From positions 1 to 64,000 of IMG/VR virus record IMGVR_UViG_3300037067_006130: a DNA stretch of 64,000 nucleotides, one strand, 5' to 3'. The stretch's first letter is position 1, and every line of letters starts with the position of its first letter. A model generated the notes under the pieces. That model had not been told where the DNA came from. It worked only from the letters and a program-made list of their open reading frames with translations, and made no database searches. Shown one piece after another: positions 39,001 through 46,673 of the stretch. A program made the translations under genes and the position numbers. This DNA is from a virus (lineage: Duplodnaviria > Caudoviricetes).

Positions 39001-40395
39001 GGGGTAGCTATGACGACTGCCGAATTTATTACAATGTTAACCGATTTACACGCATTTAGCTACCCTTATTGGGTAGCTAGAGGAAGCTGGAATTATGCTG
39101 GGAATAACTATATATCTGATAGTGGATTAGGAACTATTCATTTGGCAGGAGCGGTAGTAGAGGTAATGGGAAATACTGTATATCATACAATAAGAATTAC
39201 AACACCTACTACTTCTCCACTTGGAGTTACTAACGCTGAATTTATTTACGTAAATAACGGTAGTAGTTTTTCTCCCGGTTGGCGAAAAGCATGGAATACG
39301 GCTAATTTTAATCCTTCTGATTATTCATTAACTACCCACACGCATAATTACCAGCCAGTAGATGCCGATTTAACGGCAATTGCTGCTTTATCGGGTACAT
39401 CGGGGTTACTAAAGAAAACCGCTGCCGATACCTGGGCGTTGGATACGAGTGCCTACCTAACATCAATAACCAAGGCTCAGGTAGAGGCAGTGCTAACAGG
39501 TGCAATTACTACCCATACGCATAACTATCTAACGGCTATTACCAAGGCACAGGTAGAGGCAGTGCTAACGGGTGCAATTACTTCGCATACACACGCTTAT
39601 GAAGCATCTTTAGGTAATCCTTCCGCTACTAATTATGTTTTAACATCGACTACTGCTGGTGTTAGGAGTTGGACAAATGTTAGTACCCTTATTAGTTGGT
39701 ATGCACTAACCGATAGTGCTAGTCCTTTTAATACAGAACTCGGATATGTGGAAGCTATGGGTAATGGTACGTATAATACTATTATTGGATATCTTGCCAA
39801 AAGTAGTGGGGGTTCACATAATGTAATTATTGGCGACAGTACTGGTCATTATGGAGCAAGTTATAGTGTTATAATTGGAAGTAATAGCGGTCATGTAGAT
39901 TGTACTGAATGTCTTCGAAATGTTATTATAGGTTATAATGCAACTACTGGGTGGGATACTAGAATTGATGGTACTCTCCAACCATTTAATGATAAACTTG
40001 TAATAGCTAATTCTAATACGATCAACCCACTTATTTATGGTGATTTTGTAACAGGGTTAACTACACTTGTTCGTCCAACAACAGACCTTACTATTAGTTA
40101 CACAAATATATATACTGGCTTTTCAGAAATTAACATACACGGCAGAAGAGAAGGAAAAACAAATACTATTTCTGGCTATTGTAATATGAATGAAAATGGT
40201 AGTACAACTGCTAGACTTGCAGGTACTATTACAAATTATATTAGTCCTGGTTATATTGTTTATTTTCCACTTAATATTAGACAATTATATGAAGGTGCAG
40301 TCGGATATATTAATACAAATGGTACTATATACATATTATGGGGTAATTATTCAAGTGAACGTTATTATTTTACTGCAACATGGATAACATCATAA
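36064..40395 (+). CDS. Mosaic tail fibre / receptor-binding protein
   Basis: 1443 aa, T/A/G/S-rich, with internal repeats, a Mu/P1/P2-type fibre module, YadA-head-like IIG repeats and KLVIANS...PLIYGDF near the C-terminus. Confidence 0.85.
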   Translation: MEYTSEVAWSSVIRNVVMIDSITYQIDLSHDDPNEPGATQELCQVGYYLRDFIGHTYFVTQINGTNPLQIEVEDFLECGIGPQLDQTGYVYATVDDNDAYLIAPIKYGRLDPTARDYALAYEMEVLWKHRGVSLWDKNASPSAKYVDNITRLKFSDEFSISINNTDTGWKGGNVYDVSIKPWRLYQPDGTNPFVYTDNNGKLHIEGDIINTGEPWITHAEHVYTTDNEIVLRDGAVAALGTNEYVGFRAKLYDGVNDGHLVFDKDGIARVGDVGSTQPLTTRIEAPTNNYFAYWENANTRLNFKAISKSDLPNTIVYTDQVNAYGDYAQTFKDNIIRINNPADTFYYTLTAGAIGDNRILNIPVITANDTLAVLGLAQTFTGTKTFYSSRFKINNPGNTFAYTFIGAALAASYNITLPLLTSNDTLVTEAFAATITNKTLNATNNTITDSSTELGDLFKSNGTKFVRFAKGTSLQVLRVNVGGTDLEWGTIGESMTYPSGTGFTIVTSGTSWGTTIPANQVAYFGSAITGTPSSSTYLRGDGTWSTPSGGVTPAALTKTDDTNITLTLGGTPATALLQATSLTLGWTGTLADGRIASAATWNAKQAGHTNLTSLAGLSYVSTSFVKMTAAGTFALDTNTYSLSSHTHYTAAALTKTNDTNVTLTLGGTPATALLQATSLTLGWTGTLADGRIASATTWNAKQTGHANLTSLAGLTYASASFVKMTGANTFTLDTNTYLSNTPSALTKTNDTNVTLTLGGTPNTSLLQAVSLTLGWTGTLADGRIASAATWNGKQTGHANLTSLAALSYVSASFVKMTAAGTFTLDTNTYLTSAVTSVAMTVPTGLTVTGSPITTSGTLALTFTSGYSIPTTANQTNWSSAYTFTNGYTTNYPDLVAIEALSGTSGLLKKTAADTWALDTNTYLTAITKSMVEAVLTGAITTHTHSYLPLTGKAADSELLDGISSIGFGRAYSGGSAFGTGVAMTTAEFITMLTDLHAFSYPYWVARGSWNYAGNNYISDSGLGTIHLAGAVVEVMGNTVYHTIRITTPTTSPLGVTNAEFIYVNNGSSFSPGWRKAWNTANFNPSDYSLTTHTHNYQPVDADLTAIAALSGTSGLLKKTAADTWALDTSAYLTSITKAQVEAVLTGAITTHTHNYLTAITKAQVEAVLTGAITSHTHAYEASLGNPSATNYVLTSTTAGVRSWTNVSTLISWYALTDSASPFNTELGYVEAMGNGTYNTIIGYLAKSSGGSHNVIIGDSTGHYGASYSVIIGSNSGHVDCTECLRNVIIGYNATTGWDTRIDGTLQPFNDKLVIANSNTINPLIYGDFVTGLTTLVRPTTDLTISYTNIYTGFSEINIHGRREGKTNTISGYCNMNENGSTTARLAGTITNYISPGYIVYFPLNIRQLYEGAVGYINTNGTIYILWGNYSSERYYFTATWITS
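37723..38550 (+). repeat. Three copies of an 87-codon repeat in the tail fibre
   Basis: xALTKTxDTNxTLTLGGTP...DTNTY at 37723-37983, 38014-38274 and 38290-38550; protein near-identical with many synonymous differences. Confidence 0.9.
39457..39594 (+). repeat. 72-nt tandem duplication (LTxITKAQVEAVLTGAITxHTH)
   Basis: Copies start at 39457 and 39529; a third related copy lies at about 38830-38897. Confidence 0.85.
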
Positions 40396-40409
40396 AAATA
40401 AATATAAGT

Positions 40410-40626
40410 ATGAAAAAAACAAAAGTCACAACCAACAACGCTAACAGATATTGATGGTAATATATATCCAGTACTTAATTTAGGAATAAAACTTTGGACC
40501 GCTACCAATCTAAGGGTAACAAGATTAAATGATGGTTCAGGTATCTCTAAGGTAACTGATCCGACGACATGGATGGGATTAACAACAAAAGCCTACTGCA
40601 TTTATAACAATTTAGAGTTAGGATAA
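40410..40626 (+). pseudogene. Frameshifted short ORF encoding the N-terminal part of a FISUMP (Fib_succ_major)-like domain
   Basis: ATG 40410 is followed by an A7 tract. Removing one A gives MKKQKSQPTTLTDIDGNIYPVLNLGIKLWTATNLRVTRLNDGSGISKVTDPTTWMGLTTKAYCIYNNLELG*, matching the TDIDGNxY...W.A.NL...AYC.YNN pattern. Not in the ORF track. Confidence 0.7.
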
Positions 40627-40637
40627 CAAATAATTTT

Positions 40638-40645
40638 TAACTTTG
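40638..40645 (+). promoter_or_regulatory. Possible Bacteroidota -7 element (TAACTTTG)
   Basis: Matches TAnnTTTG 23 nt before ATG 40669; no good -33 TTTG at the expected spacing. Confidence 0.35.
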
Positions 40646-40668
40646 TATAAACTAATACCTTAAAAGTC

Positions 40669-40917
40669 ATGACGATTAAAACGCTTAAGAATGTAGGTGA
40701 TACGGTATATACGTTTCTTGACAATACCCTGACAATCGTTGGTGGTAAAGTGGAGATGATCAATACCGAATCAAGGTCGAATGGTACGACAGTTGAAACT
40801 GTTGTTAGGTACCACGTAAAAACCGAAACCAACATGGTTTTTAAAGACGAGAAGGACATCTATGCTTCTGCAGAGGAAATCCTTGCAGTAATCAAAACTA
40901 ACAGTAATCTAGTTTAA
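40669..40917 (+). CDS. Small beta-rich hypothetical protein near fibre genes
   Basis: 82 aa, SH3-like xVGDTVY pattern. Confidence 0.55.
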   Translation: MTIKTLKNVGDTVYTFLDNTLTIVGGKVEMINTESRSNGTTVETVVRYHVKTETNMVFKDEKDIYASAEEILAVIKTNSNLV

Positions 40918-40928
40918 AAACGACATCT

Positions 40929-41465
40929 ATGGTAAAGACAGACAAGAAGGATGAAAAATCTAAACTACCTGGTCTGATTTTTGTAAGTCCAAGCGACTTG
41001 GCAAATATGAATCAGGCCATCGAAAAGATGAATGGGCTTAATAGCTCAGACCTTGGGGCGAAACGCGCTAAGCTTCGTCGCTTAATCAAAGAGGACATTG
41101 ATAGTCTTAACGATTTCATGGAAACAACAGAATGGAAACGAATCAATGACCTCTACGAAAAGATTGACGAACAATTTGCTCGTAAGAACGCATCAGGGGA
41201 TGCTAGGAGGACGGAGAAAGGACAGATCCTAATCGATCCTACTAAGATTAAAGAGCGTGAACTTGCCATTGCTAGAATGGAAGAATCCGAACGAGAAGCT
41301 GTTGATAAACGTAAAGAGATTATCAAGGCGTACTATAGTGACATGGATAAGAAAAAGGTGGATATTACCCACTACATTCGTATTCCATTCGATATGTTCC
41401 CCAAAGACACAACTCCAACCGAAGTAATCGACTGGCTAGATCCAATCATCGATTACGAAGATTAA
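40929..41465 (+). CDS. Helical hypothetical protein (possible fibre assembly chaperone)
   Basis: 178 aa, charged coiled coil; product suggested only by its position after the fibre genes. Confidence 0.4.
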   Translation: MVKTDKKDEKSKLPGLIFVSPSDLANMNQAIEKMNGLNSSDLGAKRAKLRRLIKEDIDSLNDFMETTEWKRINDLYEKIDEQFARKNASGDARRTEKGQILIDPTKIKERELAIARMEESEREAVDKRKEIIKAYYSDMDKKKVDITHYIRIPFDMFPKDTTPTEVIDWLDPIIDYED

Positions 41466-41475
41466 CTAATAGTCT

Positions 41476-41988
41476 ATGCTACCCTACGAAGATAAAATAA
41501 CCACGGATAAGGATAAGTTTCTTGCGAAGCTTTCCATTATCTGTCAAAATCTTGGGATTAAACCGGAATGGTTAATGATCTGTATGGCCATCGAGTCGGC
41601 TAAAACATTTCTTCCAAGTATTCAGAACGCATCAACAGGTGCGACAGGGTTAATCCAGTTTATGCCAAGTACTGCTAAAGGCTTGGGAACTACTTGTGAT
41701 GCTCTAAAAGGAATGAAAAATTATGAACAGCTCGACTGGGTGTTCAAATACTTCAAGCCATGGACTGGCAAGATGAGATCCTTCACGGATGTTTATCTTG
41801 TCATTTTTTATCCTATGGCCGTAGGGAAACCTGATAGTTATCCTTTAGGGTTAACACCTGAACAGCAACATATCATTGCTAAGTATAATCCTGCATACGA
41901 TATTAATAAAGACGGAATGATACAGAAAAGCGAGATTAAAGAGATCGTTTCCAAGTTCATTCCGACTGCTTGGAAAGACAAAGTTTAA
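41476..41988 (+). CDS. Endolysin, lysozyme-like / SLT transglycosylase
   Basis: WLMICMAIES (catalytic Glu) ... GATGLIQFMPSTA ... EQLDWVFKYF; C-terminal EF-hand-like DINKDGMIQKSE. Confidence 0.85.
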   Translation: MLPYEDKITTDKDKFLAKLSIICQNLGIKPEWLMICMAIESAKTFLPSIQNASTGATGLIQFMPSTAKGLGTTCDALKGMKNYEQLDWVFKYFKPWTGKMRSFTDVYLVIFYPMAVGKPDSYPLGLTPEQQHIIAKYNPAYDINKDGMIQKSEIKEIVSKFIPTAWKDKV

Positions 41989-42005
41989 CCCTAAAAAACA
42001 ATTTT

Positions 42006-42263
42006 ATGAAGTTAAGTGCAAAACACGTATTTGAAGAGTGGGTATCAACCATATTTGGTTGTCTTATTCTTGCTTTCGACCTAATCTATATCGGAAAATT
42101 GGTATGGTTTACACCCGAAATTGTAACGATGGGGCAGATTGGGATGACTGTTGCTCTCGGTGCTGTTGGTATAATCTTTGTTTTCGTCAAGATTGACGCA
42201 ATCATAAGATTCCTACCAAGAGGTGCTGAAGGAGGACAGCCATCAGAAGATTTGCCCAAATAA
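42006..42263 (+). CDS. Holin (two TM helices)
   Basis: ATG 42006 preferred; two hydrophobic segments and a charged C-tail; directly follows the endolysin. Confidence 0.65.
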   Translation: MKLSAKHVFEEWVSTIFGCLILAFDLIYIGKLVWFTPEIVTMGQIGMTVALGAVGIIFVFVKIDAIIRFLPRGAEGGQPSEDLPK

Positions 42264-42449
42264 TTGAATTATGCCTGTCAACAAGATAAGATTAAGTGTA
42301 GGGGTAGGTTTACTGTTTTGGTCAAGACCAACCAATTATGCCTCTTCATCATTTTCTTATCTTGCTGATAAGGATTCACAACGGCCATATCAATCATGAT
42401 GCTCAAGTAGAACGATTATTTATTCCATTGCTCGTAAAAAAAGTGTAAT

Positions 42450-42480
42450 AAAAAACCCCTCAAATGAGGGGCTTTTTTTT
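42450..42480. terminator. Bidirectional Rho-independent terminator at the convergence of late and early modules
   Basis: aaaaaa-cccctc-aaat-gagggg-ctttttttt; A-tract on the left, T-tract on the right. Confidence 0.85.
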
Positions 42481-42991
42481 ATCTTCTTTCGTTACCGCAT
42501 TTATCGCATACCCATTTCTTATACTCATCCCTATACTTATAATCAGGAATAGTACAATCACAGAATGTTATTTCACTAAACTTAGAAGGATCTCGTTTCT
42601 TCCAACCGAAAATCTCAGAGTCATGGATTACGTTCATCTGAATACCCTTATTATCCCAATCGGTAATAACAGGTAGATTAATTGGTGTGATACCATCCCA
42701 AATTAGAGGGAATACCTCGTCACCCATCTCAAGTTTGATATCAGGTTGTGCAGTATCAACATTGAAGTCTTGTGATGCCTTAACCACGTAATATCTTCTT
42801 GATTCTATCTTAACAGGATTCTGATTGTGATCCTTAGTAAGATTAAAGTCAGGAATGATAAACCCTTTATCGGTCTTTAAATCACCTACTGCAGTAGAAA
42901 TGATTAGGGCGCGATGCTGGCCGGGATTAATAGTAGTCTTAGGGATTAAGACCTCTATCTGTTTTTTTTCTAGATCTTTATTCTCTTTCAT
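42479..42991 (-). CDS. GroES-like protein with C-terminal Cys motif
   Basis: KTDKGFIIPD...YVVKAS...KLEMGDEVF resembles the GroES mobile-loop and K.GD.V motifs; CDC...CDKCG at the C-terminus. Confidence 0.4.
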   Translation of the reverse strand: MKENKDLEKKQIEVLIPKTTINPGQHRALIISTAVGDLKTDKGFIIPDFNLTKDHNQNPVKIESRRYYVVKASQDFNVDTAQPDIKLEMGDEVFPLIWDGITPINLPVITDWDNKGIQMNVIHDSEIFGWKKRDPSKFSEITFCDCTIPDYKYRDEYKKWVCDKCGNERR

Positions 42992-43008
42992 TTTTTATTT
43001 TTTACGGA

Positions 43009-43323
43009 TTAGATAATTCCATCAAGTTTCTCAGAAATATATCGTAACCTATCTTTAAGGACAAGTAATGATCTAATATTTCCTTCAAGCAAATCTACGA
43101 AACAATTTGGATCTTTCGATTTTCCTTCCTTAATGTCTCTATCCTCGGGTTTAGGCTCTCGGATATCCTGAATCTTACAAATCTTTAGTAAGATATCATT
43201 GGTGTGTTGATGACAAATATCCATGTTAGCATCAAGTTCTCGGTAAAGTTCCTCGAGCACTGCTGGTTTTTTTTCACATTTTTCTTCCATAAAATTATTG
43301 TTTAGGTTTAGTTGAAAAATCAA
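43009..43323 (-). CDS. Hypothetical coiled-coil protein
   Basis: ORF in a tightly packed operon; the start is probably the internal MEEK. Confidence 0.5.
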   Translation of the reverse strand: MIFQLNLNNNFMEEKCEKKPAVLEELYRELDANMDICHQHTNDILLKICKIQDIREPKPEDRDIKEGKSKDPNCFVDLLEGNIRSLLVLKDRLRYISEKLDGII

Positions 43324-44167
43324 ACATGTAGGTTAAATCCCAAAAGTAATCATCGCTTAGGATTCTCCGTATCTCTTCGATACGTTTTTTCGCATCATCA
43401 AATGGTATATGCCCTGTACCTACGGATTCCTTGATCTTTTTGATGATCATATCCATCTGTACGTATGGTCGTATATCGATTGAATACTTTCTAAGGCTAT
43501 CATCGTAGTACTTACACTCCTTAAAGAACGTGTGCATTTCGGAGAAATGCTTACAGCCAAAAAATCCTTTTGCTGCAGAGAGAGGTGATGGGTGTACCGA
43601 TTCAAGGATAAGATGATGCTTTCCTTTTATCAGGTGTTTTAACCCTCGAGCGTTGTTTCCCCAAAGTAGGAATACAATCGGTCTTTCCTCTTGTCCTAGT
43701 TTTTCAATGACCAGGGATGTTAAATCCTCCCAACCTTTGCCTTGATGCGAGTTAGGTTTGTCCTTCTCAACGGTCATGACTGTGTTCATTAATAGTATGC
43801 CTTGTTTTGCCCAATTTTCAAGCGAATTGGATGGCATAAAGTCTTTCCACGTTGGTTCGGCCATATAAGAGTATAGATTACTCTTAAGCTCTTTAAAGAT
43901 GTTTCTAAGGCTATCCGGTGTAGTGGTACTTCGGGATGAAAAAGCAAGTCCATCTGCAGTACCATTGTAGTAAGGATCCTGCCCAACGATAACCGCCTTG
44001 ATGTGACGGTAAGGACAGGTTTCTTCCTTGAATACTCGCATCATATCCTTCTTATCAGGATAGACCGTAGTAAAGGAACGCTGTTCCTCTACGAATCGTT
44101 TAAGCGCTAATCCTTTTTCGCTATGCAAAAATGGGGCGACGATATCAGTCCAATCGGTAGGTTTCAT
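43295..44167 (-). CDS. ung: Uracil-DNA glycosylase, family 1
   Basis: Canonical motifs IVGQDPY, GLAFS, QGILLMNTVMTV, SHQGKGWE, LLWG, HPSPLS, GFFGCKHFS. Confidence 0.95.
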   Translation of the reverse strand: MKPTDWTDIVAPFLHSEKGLALKRFVEEQRSFTTVYPDKKDMMRVFKEETCPYRHIKAVIVGQDPYYNGTADGLAFSSRSTTTPDSLRNIFKELKSNLYSYMAEPTWKDFMPSNSLENWAKQGILLMNTVMTVEKDKPNSHQGKGWEDLTSLVIEKLGQEERPIVFLLWGNNARGLKHLIKGKHHLILESVHPSPLSAAKGFFGCKHFSEMHTFFKECKYYDDSLRKYSIDIRPYVQMDMIIKKIKESVGTGHIPFDDAKKRIEEIRRILSDDYFWDLTYMFDFSTKPKQ

Positions 44168-44508
44168 ACAAAAAGGTATTTAAGCCAAGCGTAATGCTTG
44201 CGTTTATACGCATAGGAACCATCTCTTTCAAACTTATAGGCTTCCTGCTCGAATGATAACTTCATGTAAGCACCTTTACCGTACTTGATGAATTTAATCA
44301 GGTACTCGATAATATACCAAGCATAGAAGAAGATGATTAACATCTCAAGCTGTTGTTTCCAATGAATCTCTTCGTGGAATAAGGTTACGATACTACCTTC
44401 TGGTTTCGAGTATATTCCGAATGGAGCAATGGTAATCGCTACAACATTCGCGGGAAGTATCCATATCATCCAGTTCGGCATATGGTGGAACTTACTAATA
44501 GTACTCAT
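44164..44508 (-). CDS. Small HExxH-motif membrane-associated protein
   Basis: HEEIHWKQQLEML...WYIIEYLIK...AY..LSFEQEAY, a pattern common in Bacteroidota phages. Confidence 0.6.
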   Translation of the reverse strand: MSTISKFHHMPNWMIWILPANVVAITIAPFGIYSKPEGSIVTLFHEEIHWKQQLEMLIIFFYAWYIIEYLIKFIKYGKGAYMKLSFEQEAYKFERDGSYAYKRKHYAWLKYLFV

Positions 44509-44809
44509 CGGGATCTACTCTTTTAGCGTTGATTGACTGGTATCCTAGTATCTTTCCCACATCAATTCGTTTGATGCGAAAATTCTGCTTGAAATGAACT
44601 ATCTTCTCAGCAGTTCTCATTCCTTTACCAACACAACGGCTAGTGATGAAGGACATATCCACATCGTTATCCAAAAACTCTTGGATTGTCGTGCTGGTCG
44701 ATGGTATTTCCATAGAGAATAGTTCCTTCTCCGTAATGGTATTACCCCTCTTGGTAATCTCACATACGGTCACATTGTTGTAATAAATCGGTTTTCCTTG
44801 GTCCATCAC
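44495..44809 (-). CDS. Hypothetical protein
   Basis: 104-aa ORF overlapping its neighbours in the operon. Confidence 0.5.
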   Translation of the reverse strand: MMDQGKPIYYNNVTVCEITKRGNTITEKELFSMEIPSTSTTIQEFLDNDVDMSFITSRCVGKGMRTAEKIVHFKQNFRIKRIDVGKILGYQSINAKRVDPDEYY

Positions 44810-44954
44810 ATTCTATTAAGTGTTCACCAATATTAAATAATCCTCTCTTAACAATTTGGTCGCAAAGCCTACACCGATACACATCGGTTTCATGGATATA
44901 GTCGATATCACTTGTAACCGTGAGTAGTTCTAAATCCTTGATTGATGCAGACAT
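44760..44954 (-). CDS. Small Cys/His (zinc-finger-like) protein
   Basis: YRCRLC...EHLIEC motif; adjacent to the previous stop. Confidence 0.5.
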   Translation of the reverse strand: MSASIKDLELLTVTSDIDYIHETDVYRCRLCDQIVKRGLFNIGEHLIECDGPRKTDLLQQCDRM

Positions 44955-45278
44955 TTACGCTTCTTTAATCTGTTCCGCTTTAAGCAAGGCATCTGCTTCA
45001 GATTCCTCAACAAGACTTGCCTTTAACCTTACGTTTATGCTATACCGGGCACAGAGCCAAAGAATATCTCGCTGAGTCGGAAATCCTAGAACAGGAACAT
45101 CGTTATTCAGGTATCGGGATAACTTTTCTTTGGTAATCGTTTTCATCCCCCTTTCATTGGCATCCTTCACCACATCGGAAGGTTTTAGGTTCTTTCCCTT
45201 GAATACCAGTTTAAGGTACTCCTTAATGGTTAAACTGTATAGTACAATGTCAACCTTTTTTTGCTCGTTCGAACTCAT
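44955..45278 (-). CDS. XRE-like helix-turn-helix protein
   Basis: LKPSDVVKDA...ITKEKLSRYLNN resembles an XRE HTH. Confidence 0.55.
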   Translation of the reverse strand: MSSNEQKKVDIVLYSLTIKEYLKLVFKGKNLKPSDVVKDANERGMKTITKEKLSRYLNNDVPVLGFPTQRDILWLCARYSINVRLKASLVEESEADALLKAEQIKEA

Positions 45279-45385
45279 TTTCTCGGATTATAATTTGATG
45301 TTTAACAGCATATTCTCTAAACCTTGGATCATAAGCATCCCTTAGGGTTATTATATCACGACGTTCATCGTGGTTTATAGCTCAT
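45250..45385 (-). pseudogene. Small ORF with apparent +1 frameshift
   Basis: ATG 45385 (ATGA-coupled to the upstream gene) reads MSYKPR*. Deleting one A of AAA at 45374-45376 gives 44 aa, MSYNHDERRDIITLRDAYDPRFREYAVKHQIIIRENEFERAKKG*, filling the gap to the HTH gene. Confidence 0.4.
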
Positions 45386-45858
45386 TTTCGGGTTAGTCTT
45401 ATCTTGTCAATATGATACATCTCGTAGTCCTTAACGATTATCCCAAAGTTTTCCTCGAGATACCATATAAGGTCAGTAAGGTATAGGGCGAAATTTGCCT
45501 GATCGTAGGATAGAACATCCTCAACAGCATTCTCGGCTCTAACTCCTGTATTACCCTCTAAAGGGGCGAGTAGTTTAACGTAGGAACGAAGTTTGGAAGC
45601 AAACATGTAGTGCAACTCCATCTCGTTAAAATAGGTTTTAAATGCCTCTGACGACATGACCTCTTTTCGGATGATAATTCCGAAGTAGAACGCATAAAGG
45701 TCAGGAGTAACTGGTTGCGAAACATCGTCAAACGTAACGGTAATGGTCTTTCCCTTGTACGCATTACACGCATGAAGAAAAGCGGTTTGATTCAAGAAGT
45801 GTAGGGAATTATTCTCTATCTTTGCTCTCAGTTTAGGTTTTCTGTTGATAATTGCCAT
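45382..45858 (-). CDS. NinB/YbcN-like recombination protein
   Basis: YAFYFG...ELHYMF...ANFALYLTDLIWYLEENFGIIVKD resembles the NinB-like pattern. Confidence 0.5.
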   Translation of the reverse strand: MAIINRKPKLRAKIENNSLHFLNQTAFLHACNAYKGKTITVTFDDVSQPVTPDLYAFYFGIIIRKEVMSSEAFKTYFNEMELHYMFASKLRSYVKLLAPLEGNTGVRAENAVEDVLSYDQANFALYLTDLIWYLEENFGIIVKDYEMYHIDKIRLTRK

Positions 45859-45888
45859 TGTCGATGAGTTAGTTTAAGGGTTAGTAGT

Positions 45889-45924
45889 AAATCCCCCATC
45901 GGATGATTCCTTTGGGGGATTTTT
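45889..45924 (-). terminator. Hairpin (probable terminator) after the SSB-like gene
   Basis: Stem aaatccccca / tgggggattt with internal gga/tcc pairing; short U-tract on the - strand. Confidence 0.5.
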
Positions 45925-45937
45925 AATACTAGGGGCG

Positions 45938-46594
45938 TTAACCCCAGCTGTCACTACCTGCGTTTCCCTCTTGTTCGGGTTCGTTCCCTTCACCATCTTT
46001 AGGTTCTAGGTAATCCTCCAAGCGGTGCCCTTGTGCCTTAAACTCATCTGACTGGGCGACTATCTTCATTACCCATCCGGGTAGCATCTTAAACTTCTCT
46101 TTATCCCACTCGTTGATATCGAAGATAAACTTTTCCTTCTTAGTCTTAGGAAGAGGCATCCCTTTAGGAAGGGTAGTAATACCAACTAGGTTAGTATATG
46201 ACTTACCGTTCTTTCCGGGTTTTGTTTCAATCGTGATCAGCGCTGTTTTCCCAACCATCATTGCCACATCGAAATTCTTAATCTTCTCTTTATCTATTAC
46301 ACCACCACTCCAAGGATTAAGTAACTTTAAAAGGTTACCCTTTGGGGATGGAGTAAAGGTAATCTGATGGCTAATAACATGAGATTTTGTAATCTCTTCA
46401 CCGTCTTTTTCGTAGGTGTATTCCTCACCGGGGATATCAAAGAATATCCTGATGTAAAGTGATTTGCTTTTCTTGCCCTGGAAATCCTTTTCTAAGGTTC
46501 CGACAATAGCGATTCCATAGCACACTGCGGCGTATGGAGCGTTTGGTAAACTCTTAAAGTCCACCCCTGATGATTCAGGTACTTTTGTACTCAT
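45938..46594 (-). CDS. Phage ssDNA-binding / replication protein (NGO0469-like OB fold)
   Basis: Internal ATG 46594 (MSTKVPESSG) follows an A-rich leader and a promoter. YAAVCYGIAIVGT...KGNLLKLLNPW...MVGKTALITI...YTNL...LPGWV; acidic tail ending in W. Confidence 0.65.
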   Translation of the reverse strand: MSTKVPESSGVDFKSLPNAPYAAVCYGIAIVGTLEKDFQGKKSKSLYIRIFFDIPGEEYTYEKDGEEITKSHVISHQITFTPSPKGNLLKLLNPWSGGVIDKEKIKNFDVAMMVGKTALITIETKPGKNGKSYTNLVGITTLPKGMPLPKTKKEKFIFDINEWDKEKFKMLPGWVMKIVAQSDEFKAQGHRLEDYLEPKDGEGNEPEQEGNAGSDSWG

Positions 46595-46642
46595 GGTTTT
46601 TTTTCTTTTTACGTTAACTTTTGGTAGTGATATTTTGTTGTT

Positions 46643-46673
46643 CAAAATTACAATTTTATTTAGTTTCTCCAAA
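46643..46673 (-). promoter_or_regulatory. Bacteroidota sigma-70-type promoter (TTTG-N19-TAATTTTG)
   Basis: Exact consensus -33 (46670-46673) and -7 (46643-46650) with a 19-nt spacer, about 50 nt before ATG 46594. Confidence 0.75.

Noticed and set aside
37723-39594. CRISPR-like array
   Set aside because: The repeats are in-frame coding repeats within the fibre gene, not short identical repeats with unique spacers.
39600-40626. Diversity-generating retroelement acting on the fibre tip or FISUMP fragment
   Set aside because: No reverse transcriptase and no template/variable repeat pair differing at adenines were found in this window.
232-42000. Many short antisense or nested ORFs in the track (e.g. 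1176-1469, 10640-10939, 21514-21822, 33025-33453)
   Set aside because: They are shadow ORFs opposite or within long genes with biased codon usage and show no recognisable motifs.
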